From the IMG/VR virus record IMGVR_UViG_3300047160_015156, positions 1-64,000 of that record: a DNA stretch of 64,000 nt. One strand, written 5' to 3'. A model generated the notes under the pieces. The model was given only the letters and a program-made list of their open reading frames with translations, ran no database searches and was not told the DNA's origin. Shown here piece by piece: positions 1-9,468 of this stretch (positions within the stretch are counted from its first letter, which is position 1; the number at the start of each line of letters is the position of its first letter). This DNA comes from a virus. Position numbers and translations under genes: made by a program.

Positions 1-47
1 CCCGCGCAATAGTGGCATTCGCGTAATTCGGGGGACAGGCTCGGAGC

Positions 48-881
48 ATGTCTGATTCCGAGCTCCCAAACGCCCTCCGCGCCCTTCCTCTCCCTACAAC
101 CACGCCGGCGAAGAAGTACGGCATGGGTCATCGGCCCACGCCGCGATCGGATTCCGATCTCAACGCGACGGCACGTTTGGGAGCGCCGCGCGGGCTCCCG
201 GGAGAGGTCAGCCTGCAATCCTTCGTCCGACGGGTGAACAACCAAGGACAGACCGAAAGCTGCGTCGGACAAGCCCTCACGAAGGGCATCGACACTCGGC
301 TGAGGAAGATGGGGCTCAACGTTCCCGAACCCTCAGCGCAGGCCTGTTACACCCTCGCTCGGGAGGAGGAAACGCCGAAGGGCCAACCGCTCGAGGACAA
401 CGGATCCATCGCCGGCGATGCCTTCAAAGCGATGAAGAACCTCGGGTGTCCGCGCGAGATGGTGTGGCCGCTCAATCCCGCGGTCATCAACGAGCGTCTT
501 TCCTGGGATGTTCTCCAGGACGCAAGCCGATTCCTGGTCCTCGACCCCTACCGGATGAACGAGGAGGGAGCGTCACGGTCTGACGCGATCGCCAACGCGC
601 TCACCCAGGGTTTCCCCGTCGTCTTCGCCCAACAGATCGACAACAAGTTCTTCGATTACACCGGTGGCACGATTCAGCTCTTCGACCCCGATGTCGCAGG
701 CGGTCACATGATGTGCATCATGGGCTTCCGTCCGAGTCCGGGCGCGGCCGGCGGTCGAGAGTTCCTGGTCATCAACTCGTGGGGCGAGGACTGGGGTGAG
801 GGTGGGTATTGCTGGATGCATGAGCGCATCCTCGCCGATCCCCGCTCCGATGAATTCTATGTCGTGGACGTCGCGGCATGA
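48..881 (+). CDS. Papain-like cysteine peptidase (family C1)
   Basis: Catalytic Gln/Cys motif NNQGQTESCVGQA, His motif GGHMMCIMG and Asn motif INSWGEDWGEGGY are all present. Confidence 0.9.
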   Translation: MSDSELPNALRALPLPTTTPAKKYGMGHRPTPRSDSDLNATARLGAPRGLPGEVSLQSFVRRVNNQGQTESCVGQALTKGIDTRLRKMGLNVPEPSAQACYTLAREEETPKGQPLEDNGSIAGDAFKAMKNLGCPREMVWPLNPAVINERLSWDVLQDASRFLVLDPYRMNEEGASRSDAIANALTQGFPVVFAQQIDNKFFDYTGGTIQLFDPDVAGGHMMCIMGFRPSPGAAGGREFLVINSWGEDWGEGGYCWMHERILADPRSDEFYVVDVAA

Positions 882-1240
882 GGTTCACCATGTACAAGAA
901 GACCAGTTTCGCCGCGCTCCTTCTCCTCTCGTGCTCGGGTTGCCCGAAGACCCCTCCCCCCGAGCCCCCGATTGTCGTCACGCCCCCCTACACCGATGCC
1001 GGCGCAGAGGGAGCGGTCTTCGACGATTGCGGCTTGAACATCGACCCCCTCTGTCGCGCCGCGTGCGAATCCCTGGCCAAGGTCGGGTGCCCCGAGTCAG
1101 CGCCCACGGGGGGACGTACGTGCTCGTGCATGTGCACTAAGGCAGTCGAGGAGGGTCTCGACCTCAACACCGTTTGCGTCGCCGCAGCCTCCACTCCTGA
1201 CCAGATCAGGCAGTGCGGACCAGCGTGCGAAGGTAGGTAG
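878..1240 (+). CDS. Cys-rich lipoprotein
   Basis: Signal peptide with a lipobox-like LLLSC/SGC, Pro-rich linker and many Cys; ATGA overlap with the peptidase. Confidence 0.7.
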   Translation: MRFTMYKKTSFAALLLLSCSGCPKTPPPEPPIVVTPPYTDAGAEGAVFDDCGLNIDPLCRAACESLAKVGCPESAPTGGRTCSCMCTKAVEEGLDLNTVCVAAASTPDQIRQCGPACEGR

Positions 1241-1242
1241 TC

Positions 1243-1395
1243 GTGGGCGCGAGCTCGAAAAGCCGTAGGGAACGCTTGAAAGAGCTCGGTCGCCAACACG
1301 AGATCGAGTGCACGTATTGTCCACCCCATGACGGGGAAAACAAGGGTAAGCGTCCGCGTTCGGACAAGTACAAGAACAAGCGGAGGCGGTCATGA
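1243..1395 (+). CDS. Small basic protein with a CxxC-x2-H motif (50 aa; not in the ORF track)
   Basis: GTG start; MGASSKSRRERLKELGRQHEIECTYCPPHDGENKGKRPRSDKYKNKRRRS; fills the gap and its stop overlaps the lysin start (ATGA). Confidence 0.55.
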   Translation: MGASSKSRRERLKELGRQHEIECTYCPPHDGENKGKRPRSDKYKNKRRRS

Positions 1396-2117
1396 TCCGC
1401 GGCTTCGACGCGTCGCCGGCGCAAGGGAAGGTCGACTTCCAAGCCGCGAAGGCCGCGGGCCTGGACTTCGTCGTGCTCGAATGCTGGATCGGGAACGATG
1501 GACCGTCGTCCACGTTCCCGGCTCAGGTCGAAGCAGCCAAGGCGGCAGGGCTCGAGGTCATGGCCTACGGGTTCTTCTATCCCCTCCGCCCCGCCCCCGA
1601 TCACCCCGGGCGCGAACCCGAGGCTCAGGCGCGGGAGATCGTGGAGTACGCGTGGAAGTACGCTCCCGGGTGCCTGATCTTCTTGGATGACGAATGGCCG
1701 GCTCCCCAGGATTGGAAGAAGTGGGGGGTGGACGCTCCCTGGATCTCCGAGTCGTGCCGGCGATGCGCGGCGGAGGTGACTCGGCTCTGTCGGGGGAAGA
1801 AACCGGTCATCTACACCTACCTCGATTGGTGGGACCATCTCGCCGCGGGCGAGAACGTATACTGGGCGTCGGATTATGCCTTGTGGCAGGCGTGGTACGT
1901 CAAGGCGTGGCCCAAGGATGGGGACCGGCCGAAGGTGCGAGATCCTTGGACGGATTGGCTCTTTTGGCAGTGGGATGGCGATGGGGGTGAGAAGCTTCCA
2001 GGTGGACAGGATGCCGACTTCTGCGTGTTCAACGGGACGCTCGAGGAGCTGAGGGCGCTGAACGCTCCGCCGCCCGAGGGGCCGGACTTCGCGATTGTGC
2101 ATCCGGACGTTTCCTGA
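1392..2117 (+). CDS. GH25 muramidase (endolysin)
   Basis: GFDASPAQGKVDF..AKAAGLDFV, FLDDE, PVIYT and WLFWQW motifs of GH25 lysozymes; SD GGAGG. Confidence 0.85.
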   Translation: MIRGFDASPAQGKVDFQAAKAAGLDFVVLECWIGNDGPSSTFPAQVEAAKAAGLEVMAYGFFYPLRPAPDHPGREPEAQAREIVEYAWKYAPGCLIFLDDEWPAPQDWKKWGVDAPWISESCRRCAAEVTRLCRGKKPVIYTYLDWWDHLAAGENVYWASDYALWQAWYVKAWPKDGDRPKVRDPWTDWLFWQWDGDGGEKLPGGQDADFCVFNGTLEELRALNAPPPEGPDFAIVHPDVS

Positions 2118-2132
2118 ACATCGATGTTCAGG
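2113..2132. repeat. Dispersed perfect palindrome, copy 1 (CCTGAACATCGATGTTCAGG)
   Basis: Read directly; overlaps the lysin stop codon. Confidence 0.95.
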
Positions 2133-2183
2133 CTCAGTGGCACCCATTGACCTCCCACCGTAGCCTCGCCCTTGGAGGCGCAC

Positions 2184-2750
2184 ATGCATCATGTAGTCGT
2201 TTGGGACCCTTCGGGTACCTATTCGGAAGGGTCCATCGTCGAAACCGTTCGGCTGAACGAGCTCCACGGTCGAGGGGTAGCAACCCTCCCCTGCGTTCCC
2301 GAGCTCTTCAAGTGGGCGGGGTGTTCGGGCTACAGCCGGCGTGGGTGGGGCTCGGGTTGGCCCCTCGACACCATCACCCCCGGGCTCGTCTGCCCCCTGA
2401 CCATGTTCGTGGCCATCCACGCCCCCAAGGTCATCAACTGGTGTGCGCGTCTCGTTCCCGGGGATAGCGCACGCGAGCGCATCAATCGCGGACAGGAACC
2501 GGCTCAGGGCATCCTCCGCATCGCCGCTCACGAGCAGCGCGGCTCACTCCTTCGCGGGTCCATCTCCGAAGACGGGCTGAGGAATGCCGTCGACACGGCG
2601 AAGCTCGGACCCCTCGATCCCTTCGATGGCTGGACCGTGGGAGGACGCGCACGCATCTTCTGCACGGGTGAAGGGTGCTACGGGCTTTCCCTGTACGGAT
2701 TCGCGCCGGGCCTCAAAGTGGCGTGGGTGGCAGCGTCTCTGAGTACCTGA
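2184..2750 (+). CDS. Hypothetical protein
   Basis: ORF with SD GGAGG upstream of ATG 2184; sits in the co-directional gene string. Confidence 0.6.
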   Translation: MHHVVVWDPSGTYSEGSIVETVRLNELHGRGVATLPCVPELFKWAGCSGYSRRGWGSGWPLDTITPGLVCPLTMFVAIHAPKVINWCARLVPGDSARERINRGQEPAQGILRIAAHEQRGSLLRGSISEDGLRNAVDTAKLGPLDPFDGWTVGGRARIFCTGEGCYGLSLYGFAPGLKVAWVAASLST

Positions 2751-2762
2751 CAGGTATACTCC

Positions 2763-3227
2763 ATGCGTTTCCCCGTCTACTTCAAGCGTGACGCGGGCGG
2801 CGCGTCGAATGGGAATCCCACTCTTGGGGACGACGACGCGCCGACGTTCTCGAGTACGCGAGACGAGTCGACTCCCGGAGATCCGTTCCTGACGGATTGC
2901 ATGCTTGCTCACAAGCTGCAGTTCGATCGTCCCACGAACCGGATCGCCGTTGGGTACTGGTTCGATGGGATGTCTCCGGTGACGCTCCCGTGTGACCTCT
3001 GGGTATGGGATTCTAAGTCGGAGAAGTGGTACAAGGCGGCGTCGGGAACGCTCACGAGCGGCGCGCTGACGTACATCCGCATCCCCTACCTCGCCGATTC
3101 TCCGGCGACTCAGTCGAACTTCGACGTCCCGAACCAGAGTCTCCTCGTGATGCTCGTGGTCTCGGACAACTCCGAGCCCTCGGGTACGGTTCATATCGTC
3201 GCGGGTCCCGATTCGGCGATCTTCTAG
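2763..3227 (+). CDS. Hypothetical protein (possible virion protein)
   Basis: 154-aa ORF with phage-like codon usage, tightly packed. Confidence 0.65.
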   Translation: MRFPVYFKRDAGGASNGNPTLGDDDAPTFSSTRDESTPGDPFLTDCMLAHKLQFDRPTNRIAVGYWFDGMSPVTLPCDLWVWDSKSEKWYKAASGTLTSGALTYIRIPYLADSPATQSNFDVPNQSLLVMLVVSDNSEPSGTVHIVAGPDSAIF

Positions 3228-3235
3228 GAGGCCCC

Positions 3236-3502
3236 ATGCGTCGTGCGCGCCTCCTCGTTGCCGACCTCCTTCTCCGTGGAGCGCGAGCTCTCATGGGGAA
3301 GGAAGAACCGCAGGAGCTCCCGGTGGAGGACGACGAAGAAGACGTCTTCCCCGTGGGTCATCCCGTCGTGACGCGGAGCGAGGAGGCAACCTCGATGCTC
3401 TGGGCCGCGGAGCAGGCGTGGCGGCAACCCCGGCCGAAGGAAGAGCCCGAACCTCCCCTTCGTGGGAGTCTCCAGGACCGGATCAATAGGAGGACGTTGT
3501 GA
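3236..3502 (+). CDS. Hypothetical protein
   Basis: SD AGGAGG before ATG 3236; stop overlaps the portal start. Confidence 0.6.
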   Translation: MRRARLLVADLLLRGARALMGKEEPQELPVEDDEEDVFPVGHPVVTRSEEATSMLWAAEQAWRQPRPKEEPEPPLRGSLQDRINRRTL

Positions 3503-5358
3503 CCATGGTGGTCGATCCCGGGAACGCGATGTCTTACAGCGCGTTCGGGGACCAAGAGGAACGGTTCGGAGGAGCGGGCGCGCGCTCGCTCCTGGTCGGT
3601 GATCGCTTCCTCGAGCTCGAGAAGCGGCACTCCTACTACTCGTGCAAACAGCACGATCGCAAGTTTTGGGACTTCGACGGGCGGCCCATCAACCCCCGCA
3701 CGATGCAGCCTCTCCTTGGGGCAGAGCAGGCGTGGTGGGTGCCGCTTCGGATGCGTCGACCCTCGACCCCGGTGCGGCTCGGGAAGGTCATCGTCGACTC
3801 GTTTACGAACCTGTTGTTCGGAGAGAATCGCTTCCCCCACATCTCCGTCGACGGCGATACCCAAACCGAGGACTGGATCCAGACGGCATGCACCGTCGGG
3901 AAGCTTCCGGTGAAGATGATCCAGGCGCGGAACCTCGGCGGGGCCTCAGGCACCGTGGGGATGTCGTGGTGCTTCCGAGAGGGGAAGCCCCACTTCGAGG
4001 TCCATGACGCGAAGAACCTGTTCGTCCATCGCTGGACCGATCGCCTCGAGCTCATTCCCGAGGAGGTGAGCGAGGTCTACCTTCACGCGAAGACGAAGTG
4101 GGACGGCCGCGGCTTCAACAAGATCTGGTATTGGTTCCGACGCTCGTGGACCCCGACGGCGGATCTCGTCTTCAAGGAGGTCCCGTACGACCGCGCGAAG
4201 GAGCCGGAGTGGGCGGTGGACGAGGAGAAGAGCACCTACCATCAGGACGGGCTCTGCCATCTCCACTGGATCCAGAATCTCCCCTCGGAGGAGATCGACG
4301 GGCTCCCGGACTACGACGGGCTCTATGAAAACTTCGACCAGGTCGACCTACTCATGTCCGTCATCACGCGCGGCGCGATCCTGAACCTGGATCCGACGCT
4401 GAAGCTGAAGATGGACCGTGACGAGTTCTCGCGGCTCGGCATCAAGAAGGGTTCGGATAACGCGCTCGTCGTCGGCAAGGACGGCGATGCCGACTACCTC
4501 GAGCTCGGCGGGCAGAGCATCACGGCCGGAACCGAGCTCGTAAAGGAGCTTCGCCGCTACATCTTCGAGACGGCTCAGTGCGTGGTCCCTGACCCGCACG
4601 AGGTCGCGGCTCAGGGTGTTTCGAGTGTGGCGATCAAGGCAATGTTCGCGCCGATGCTGGCGAAAGCGGACATCCTCCGCGAGCAGTACGGCACGGCGAT
4701 GGAGCGCATCCTCCGCGACATGGACGCGGTCGCGCGCGACAAGACGCAACAGACGATGACGCAGATGGTCATGGTCGAACAGGTCGATCCCCTGACCGGG
4801 CTTCCTGAGATGGTCGAGGTGGAGCAACAGGTCCAGTTCACGATCGATCTCCCACCGAAGGTAGACTCGAGGCCCATCGTCGACCCCCTCACGCAACAGA
4901 ACACGGAGGAGGAGAACACCACCCTCGTGCCGCGCGTCCAGGGGCCCGGCGGCGAGGTTTCGCTGAAGTGGCCTCCCTACTTCCCTCCGACTCCGCAGGA
5001 CCAGTCTCAGCTCGTTCAGGCGCTTACGACGGCCACGGGTGGGAAAGCCTTCCTCTCGCAGGAGACGGCTACGGAGTCGTGCGCGAAGGCATTCAACCAA
5101 GACCCGTCCGAGGAGTGGAAGAGGGTGCAGAGCGAGGCGAAGCAGGATCAGGCGAATCAGGCGGCCATGACCCCGGGGACCGGCGGCGAGGTCGGCGATC
5201 CGCATGGTCATCCGGATGGTGGTGGAGGAGCTCCTCCGCATCCCGCTCCCGCAGGCGGTGGTGGTGCCGCGCCTCCTCCCCATGCCGGCGGTGCTCCACC
5301 CCCCGCGCACGATCCGGACATGGATGTTCCCGTCGACATCGACTTGACCGGGATGTGA
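3499..5358 (+). CDS. Portal protein (SPP1 gp6-like) with a Pro/Gly/His-rich C-terminal tail
   Basis: Size, position ahead of the head morphogenesis gene, and motifs KVIVD..TNLLFGE, DADYLELGG and SSVAIKAMFAPM. Confidence 0.8.
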   Translation: MTMVVDPGNAMSYSAFGDQEERFGGAGARSLLVGDRFLELEKRHSYYSCKQHDRKFWDFDGRPINPRTMQPLLGAEQAWWVPLRMRRPSTPVRLGKVIVDSFTNLLFGENRFPHISVDGDTQTEDWIQTACTVGKLPVKMIQARNLGGASGTVGMSWCFREGKPHFEVHDAKNLFVHRWTDRLELIPEEVSEVYLHAKTKWDGRGFNKIWYWFRRSWTPTADLVFKEVPYDRAKEPEWAVDEEKSTYHQDGLCHLHWIQNLPSEEIDGLPDYDGLYENFDQVDLLMSVITRGAILNLDPTLKLKMDRDEFSRLGIKKGSDNALVVGKDGDADYLELGGQSITAGTELVKELRRYIFETAQCVVPDPHEVAAQGVSSVAIKAMFAPMLAKADILREQYGTAMERILRDMDAVARDKTQQTMTQMVMVEQVDPLTGLPEMVEVEQQVQFTIDLPPKVDSRPIVDPLTQQNTEEENTTLVPRVQGPGGEVSLKWPPYFPPTPQDQSQLVQALTTATGGKAFLSQETATESCAKAFNQDPSEEWKRVQSEAKQDQANQAAMTPGTGGEVGDPHGHPDGGGGAPPHPAPAGGGGAAPPPHAGGAPPPAHDPDMDVPVDIDLTGM

Positions 5359-5361
5359 CGC

Positions 5362-6435
5362 ATGCCCTCGCCGCGTGATGTGCTGGTTCAGAACCGGCGC
5401 GACGCCATGGACTTGGTGTCGAAGATGGGGGTTCGGAAGCTCCGCCACGTCCTCGGGAAGGCGGAAGTGGAGCTCGTCCAACGCCTCGCCGATGTGAAGG
5501 TGCCAGGAGATTCGTTCACGCGGACGTCCATGCAAGCCACGCTCGCGCAGATTCGGGACACGATGGAGGGCGTCAAACAGGGCATGCGCGGCACGGTTGT
5601 TGACGGTGCGAAACTTGCCGCGGAGCACGCCGCGCGAGGGACCATCGACTACCTAACGCAAGCCGACCAGGAGTTCCGGGGGGTGGGAACGACTCCCCTC
5701 GCTCTCGATGAAGCCTCGATGTTCGAGCAGTCGATCGTGGGAGCTCGCTCGAGTGTCCTCCGACGCCTCGGGTCCAGCGGGGAAGGAATCCCGGGAGCGC
5801 CGGCGGGTGAGGTCGACGCCAAGATGGGGATCCTCGACCGCTACGGCATGAACGTGATCGGATCCTTCGAGCAGAAACTCCAGGTCGGGGTGATCCAGCG
5901 GAAGTCCTGGGAAGAGATGAAGGGGGACATCATCGGCTCTTCCCCGTTCCTGCAGGGCAAACCCTCATTCTGGGGTGAGCGAATTGTACGCACGGAGATG
6001 ATGGGTGCGTATAACCGGGCGTCGTGGGAGGCGAATCGTGACGCCGATGACCAGCTCGGCGACATGTGCAAGATCCTGTCTGCGACCTTCGACGACCGAA
6101 CCGCCGCAGACTCCTACGCCGTACACGGTCAGATCAGGCTCCCGGACGAGGCTTTCGAATCGTGGTTCGGCCTCTACCAGCATCCCCCGAACCGTCCCAA
6201 CGATCGCGAGATCGTAGTCCCACATCGGATCTCCTGGAACATCCCTCCCTATCTGAAGTGGAGGAACGAGGGAGAGATTGTGAAGCGATGGCTTTTTGAG
6301 GGTCGAAAAGGGAAGCCACCGCCGCGGCCAAACATGACCACGGTGTCCATGGACAAGTTCGGGCGCTCCCGTCCGCCGTTGAAGAAGGAAAGCGACGCTC
6401 GACCTCCGCGTCCTGACGTTCCCGATGAGGGATGA
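5362..6435 (+). CDS. Head morphogenesis protein (Mu gpF / SPP1 gp7-like)
   Basis: RIVRTEMMGAYN...DDRT...HGQ...HPPNRPNDR matches the gpF-type pattern; follows the portal. Confidence 0.8.
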   Translation: MPSPRDVLVQNRRDAMDLVSKMGVRKLRHVLGKAEVELVQRLADVKVPGDSFTRTSMQATLAQIRDTMEGVKQGMRGTVVDGAKLAAEHAARGTIDYLTQADQEFRGVGTTPLALDEASMFEQSIVGARSSVLRRLGSSGEGIPGAPAGEVDAKMGILDRYGMNVIGSFEQKLQVGVIQRKSWEEMKGDIIGSSPFLQGKPSFWGERIVRTEMMGAYNRASWEANRDADDQLGDMCKILSATFDDRTAADSYAVHGQIRLPDEAFESWFGLYQHPPNRPNDREIVVPHRISWNIPPYLKWRNEGEIVKRWLFEGRKGKPPPRPNMTTVSMDKFGRSRPPLKKESDARPPRPDVPDEG

Positions 6436-6492
6436 GCGTCTCTGGCACGAACTCTCCCACCCTGTTACACGTACCGGCGGAGGATACAGTCG

Positions 6493-6831
6493 ATGTCGAC
6501 TTTCTATCTGCTGAACACGACTCAGGTGGGGAACGTCAAGTACTTCGCCGGGACGCTCATCGACGACTCCATCACCGCGACGTCGCCGATTCTGGCCCAA
6601 GGTGGCCAGCTCTGGCCGTCGGCGGATTCGACGGTTGCGACCGCGGCCACGGACGTTGCCAACTTCCGGAAGAACAAGGGCATCAACGAAGACCTCGCGG
6701 ACAAGATCATGCTCGCGGCGGCCGCGTACTCCGCTCACCTCACCACGGCGGGCGCGACCGGTGCCACCGGGGCGACGGGTGCCACGGGTGCGGGTGGTGC
6801 AACGGGTGCCACTGGCGCTTCGGGCCCGTAA
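6493..6831 (+). CDS. Small virion protein with a collagen-like (Gly-X-Y) C-terminus
   Basis: GATGATGATGATGAGGATGATGASGP tail; SD GGAGG. Confidence 0.7.
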   Translation: MSTFYLLNTTQVGNVKYFAGTLIDDSITATSPILAQGGQLWPSADSTVATAATDVANFRKNKGINEDLADKIMLAAAAYSAHLTTAGATGATGATGATGAGGATGATGASGP

Positions 6832-6863
6832 CCTCTCACCCTTCTCCGTAGGAGTTCAAGATC

Positions 6864-7136
6864 ATGGCCAGCGACAACAACACCCCTCCGTTTCTCAAGG
6901 GCAACCCCGCCGCGTCGGGGAGCGCTCCGAAAGAGATGTTCCCGAACCGTCCCCAGAAAGACGGCTCCATGTCCGACGACGGGTCCGACGAGAAGATGTT
7001 CCCCAATCGGCCGCAGCCGATGAAGGAGGACGATCAGAGCTCGGGCTTCAATCCGAAGTCCGTTCCCGATGGTGGGAAGCTCCCGTACACGTCGCCCTCG
7101 GTTCCGACGAAGACCCCCTTCAAGCTGGGGAAGTAA
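6864..7136 (+). CDS. Hypothetical Pro-rich protein with an internal repeat
   Basis: SD AGGAG; MFPNRPQ occurs twice. Confidence 0.6.
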   Translation: MASDNNTPPFLKGNPAASGSAPKEMFPNRPQKDGSMSDDGSDEKMFPNRPQPMKEDDQSSGFNPKSVPDGGKLPYTSPSVPTKTPFKLGK

Positions 7137-7145
7137 GCGGGGACC

Positions 7146-7553
7146 ATGGCCTACGTCGTTACCCTCCAAGGAAGCCTGTTCGCCGGACAGCCTCAAGCAT
7201 CCGGCACTGGCTTCCCCTCGGGGATGGTGAACATCGGGTTCGAGCTCACGCCTCCGAACAAGGTGGCGACGTGCTCGATGTACCAGACTCCGAACCTCAA
7301 CTCCCCCTCGAGTTTCGCAACTCTCCCGGGTGTGGGTGATGGAGGCACGGTCACTCAGGGGACCTTCCTCTACCTGAAGACCGCGAATCCGATGGAGGTT
7401 CGGGTCACGCAACACTCCGACAGTGGCGACGTGGTGTCGACGCTGTACGTGGAAGGCGTATATGTTCAAGAGTTCCCCGTCGGGAACTACCTGAAGCTAC
7501 TCGAGGCCCAAGGAGTCGGGACGATCGAGTACTTCGTTTCGGGAAACCAGTAG
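7146..7553 (+). CDS. Hypothetical virion structural protein
   Basis: Beta-rich composition; lies in the head gene cluster. Confidence 0.6.
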   Translation: MAYVVTLQGSLFAGQPQASGTGFPSGMVNIGFELTPPNKVATCSMYQTPNLNSPSSFATLPGVGDGGTVTQGTFLYLKTANPMEVRVTQHSDSGDVVSTLYVEGVYVQEFPVGNYLKLLEAQGVGTIEYFVSGNQ

Positions 7554-7593
7554 GTAGTCAAAACCCCGACAGAGGGGAGGAAGTGAAGCAGCC

Positions 7594-8274
7594 ATGACCA
7601 CGTTCAAGGATCAACTCAATCTCGCGAACACGAACGAGCTCAATCGGCTGCTCGCCGATATGAAGTTCGGCGACTTCGTCCGGTCGATGCCGGTCACCCT
7701 CTCGAAGCAGGCGCCCGTCGCTGGTTCGACGTCAAACGGCAACCTCACGACGATCGACGTCATCCACCTCCCCAACGATTGCAAGGCAGCGTGCGTTCTT
7801 CGCGCATGCGTTCGCGCTGGTTCGACCACGGGTGAACTCACTTCGATCGCTCACGACACGACTCCGTCGACGACGGATGTCGCGGTCACGCCGAACGGCG
7901 ACATCGCCTTCAACCACGGCACCGACGCGGTCACGGACGTGGACGTAGTCTTCGTTCCCCAGGTCGGCGACATCGTGCAGCTCACGCTCCCGGTCGTCAC
8001 CGGCGTCATGACGCTCCCGGCGGCGATGGTCGCTCAGGGCGTTCTCCTCCTCCTCGATGCGACGGTTCTCGCTGGGACCACGCTCGGACCGAAGATCATC
8101 CTCGCGCCCGTCGCGAGCACCGGTCTTCCGGCGACGACCAAGGCCCAGCTCACCTCGAACAAGTCCACGGTGAGCTTCAACAACAGCACCGACGCGGTCA
8201 CCATGGCGACGGTGACCCTCCTCCTCGCGCCGGCGGTCTCCACCTTCGCCAAGCTCGGCGCCGACGCGGTCTAG
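7594..8274 (+). CDS. Probable head decoration or structural protein
   Basis: Thr/Val/Ala-rich, strong codon bias, followed by a terminator. Confidence 0.55.
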   Translation: MTTFKDQLNLANTNELNRLLADMKFGDFVRSMPVTLSKQAPVAGSTSNGNLTTIDVIHLPNDCKAACVLRACVRAGSTTGELTSIAHDTTPSTTDVAVTPNGDIAFNHGTDAVTDVDVVFVPQVGDIVQLTLPVVTGVMTLPAAMVAQGVLLLLDATVLAGTTLGPKIILAPVASTGLPATTKAQLTSNKSTVSFNNSTDAVTMATVTLLLAPAVSTFAKLGADAV

Positions 8275-8301
8275 TACTAGAGGCCCTTGTAAGGGCTGAT
8301 C

Positions 8302-8342
8302 GAAGGGGTGTCCGGTTTCGATCGGGCACCCCTTCTGCTTTT
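8302..8342 (+). terminator. Rho-independent terminator
   Basis: 15-bp stem GAAGGGGTGTCCGGT / ATCGGGCACCCCTTC with a TTCG loop, then TGCTTTT. Confidence 0.8.
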
Positions 8343-8398
8343 CATTCGCTGGCATACACATGTAGTCGCTTGCATCCTCCACTCTTCTGGAGGCGCAC

Positions 8399-9256
8399 AT
8401 GACGATCGAAGTGAAAGAAGGTACTGGAACGGGGGCAGGTGAGGAGCCGAAGGGGGGACAGCCTGCATCGGGTGGCTCCTCGGAAAAGCCCAAGGCAGAG
8501 GCCAAGTCCGAGCCGAAGGAAAAGGAGAAGGAGACTCCGAAGCCGAAGGCTGAGACCAAGGGAGAGGGTGAGAAGCCCTCGAAGACGGAGCCGAAGCACA
8601 TCTCCGAGGATGACGAGATCCCGGAGGACTCCGAGCTCGTGTCGATGTCGAAGCAGGCACTCACCAAGCGCTTGACCCGTCACACGAAGAAGGAGCTCCG
8701 TGATCGGTTCGGAACCGACGACATGGACAAGATCAAGGCTGATCTCGAGGAGCTCAAGACTCTTCGCGCGGAGAAGGAAGAGAACCGGAGGAAGCAACTC
8801 TCCGAGATCGAGCGCGCGAAAGAGGATGCCGCCAAAGAGAAGAAGCGGGCCGACGACGCGGAGAAGAAGCATCAACAGGCGCTCGATGCTCAGTCCTTTG
8901 CCGAGTACGACGCGCAGGCGACCGAGGCTCTGGCCGAATCCGTTGCCCCGAAGCACGTGAAGCGCGCGCTCCGCGAGCTCAAGGAGCACGTGATGACGCT
9001 GGACGAGGCGGATCTGAAGAACCCGAAAAAGGTCTTCGCGCAGTGGACGAAAGAGTTCGTGAAAGAGAACCCCGAGTTCGCGAAGCCGGCGGAGGAGCCC
9101 CCGAAAAAGGTCGGCCTCACCACGGGCCCGAAGACCAACACGAAGCCGGAAAAGGGAAACATCGATCTGGCAACGAAGACTCCCATGCCTGGCAAAGCCA
9201 ACTCCATGAGCCGAGCCGAATACATGGCCTACAAGCGTGAGAGGGGTCTCGCGTAG
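8399..9256 (+). CDS. Capsid scaffolding protein
   Basis: Highly charged Lys/Glu coiled-coil protein immediately upstream of the major capsid gene. Confidence 0.8.
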   Translation: MTIEVKEGTGTGAGEEPKGGQPASGGSSEKPKAEAKSEPKEKEKETPKPKAETKGEGEKPSKTEPKHISEDDEIPEDSELVSMSKQALTKRLTRHTKKELRDRFGTDDMDKIKADLEELKTLRAEKEENRRKQLSEIERAKEDAAKEKKRADDAEKKHQQALDAQSFAEYDAQATEALAESVAPKHVKRALRELKEHVMTLDEADLKNPKKVFAQWTKEFVKENPEFAKPAEEPPKKVGLTTGPKTNTKPEKGNIDLATKTPMPGKANSMSRAEYMAYKRERGLA

Positions 9257-9468
9257 GTGGAAGTGCTGGCACGTGTGAGATCTGTCTGTCACGACGACCA
9301 CTGAAAGGGTTCACACAAGCGGGATCGAGGGCGAGACAAGACGAAGGACGAATTCACGCGGACGGCCAGCGGTAATCGGTCGGGTCCAACGTCGCAACGA
9401 GCTCCCGGAACCTCGCGAGGGACAACCCCCGCGGTCGCCAACCAAGTTCAAACCGGAGGTTTCAGGTC

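Noticed and set aside
6751-6828. Tandem 9-nt DNA repeat
   Set aside because: It is explained by Gly-Ala-Thr coding with varied third positions.
2173-8401. Identical TGGAGGCGCACATG at two gene starts (2173 and 8388)
   Set aside because: Most of it is SD plus ATG, and two copies are not enough to call a motif.
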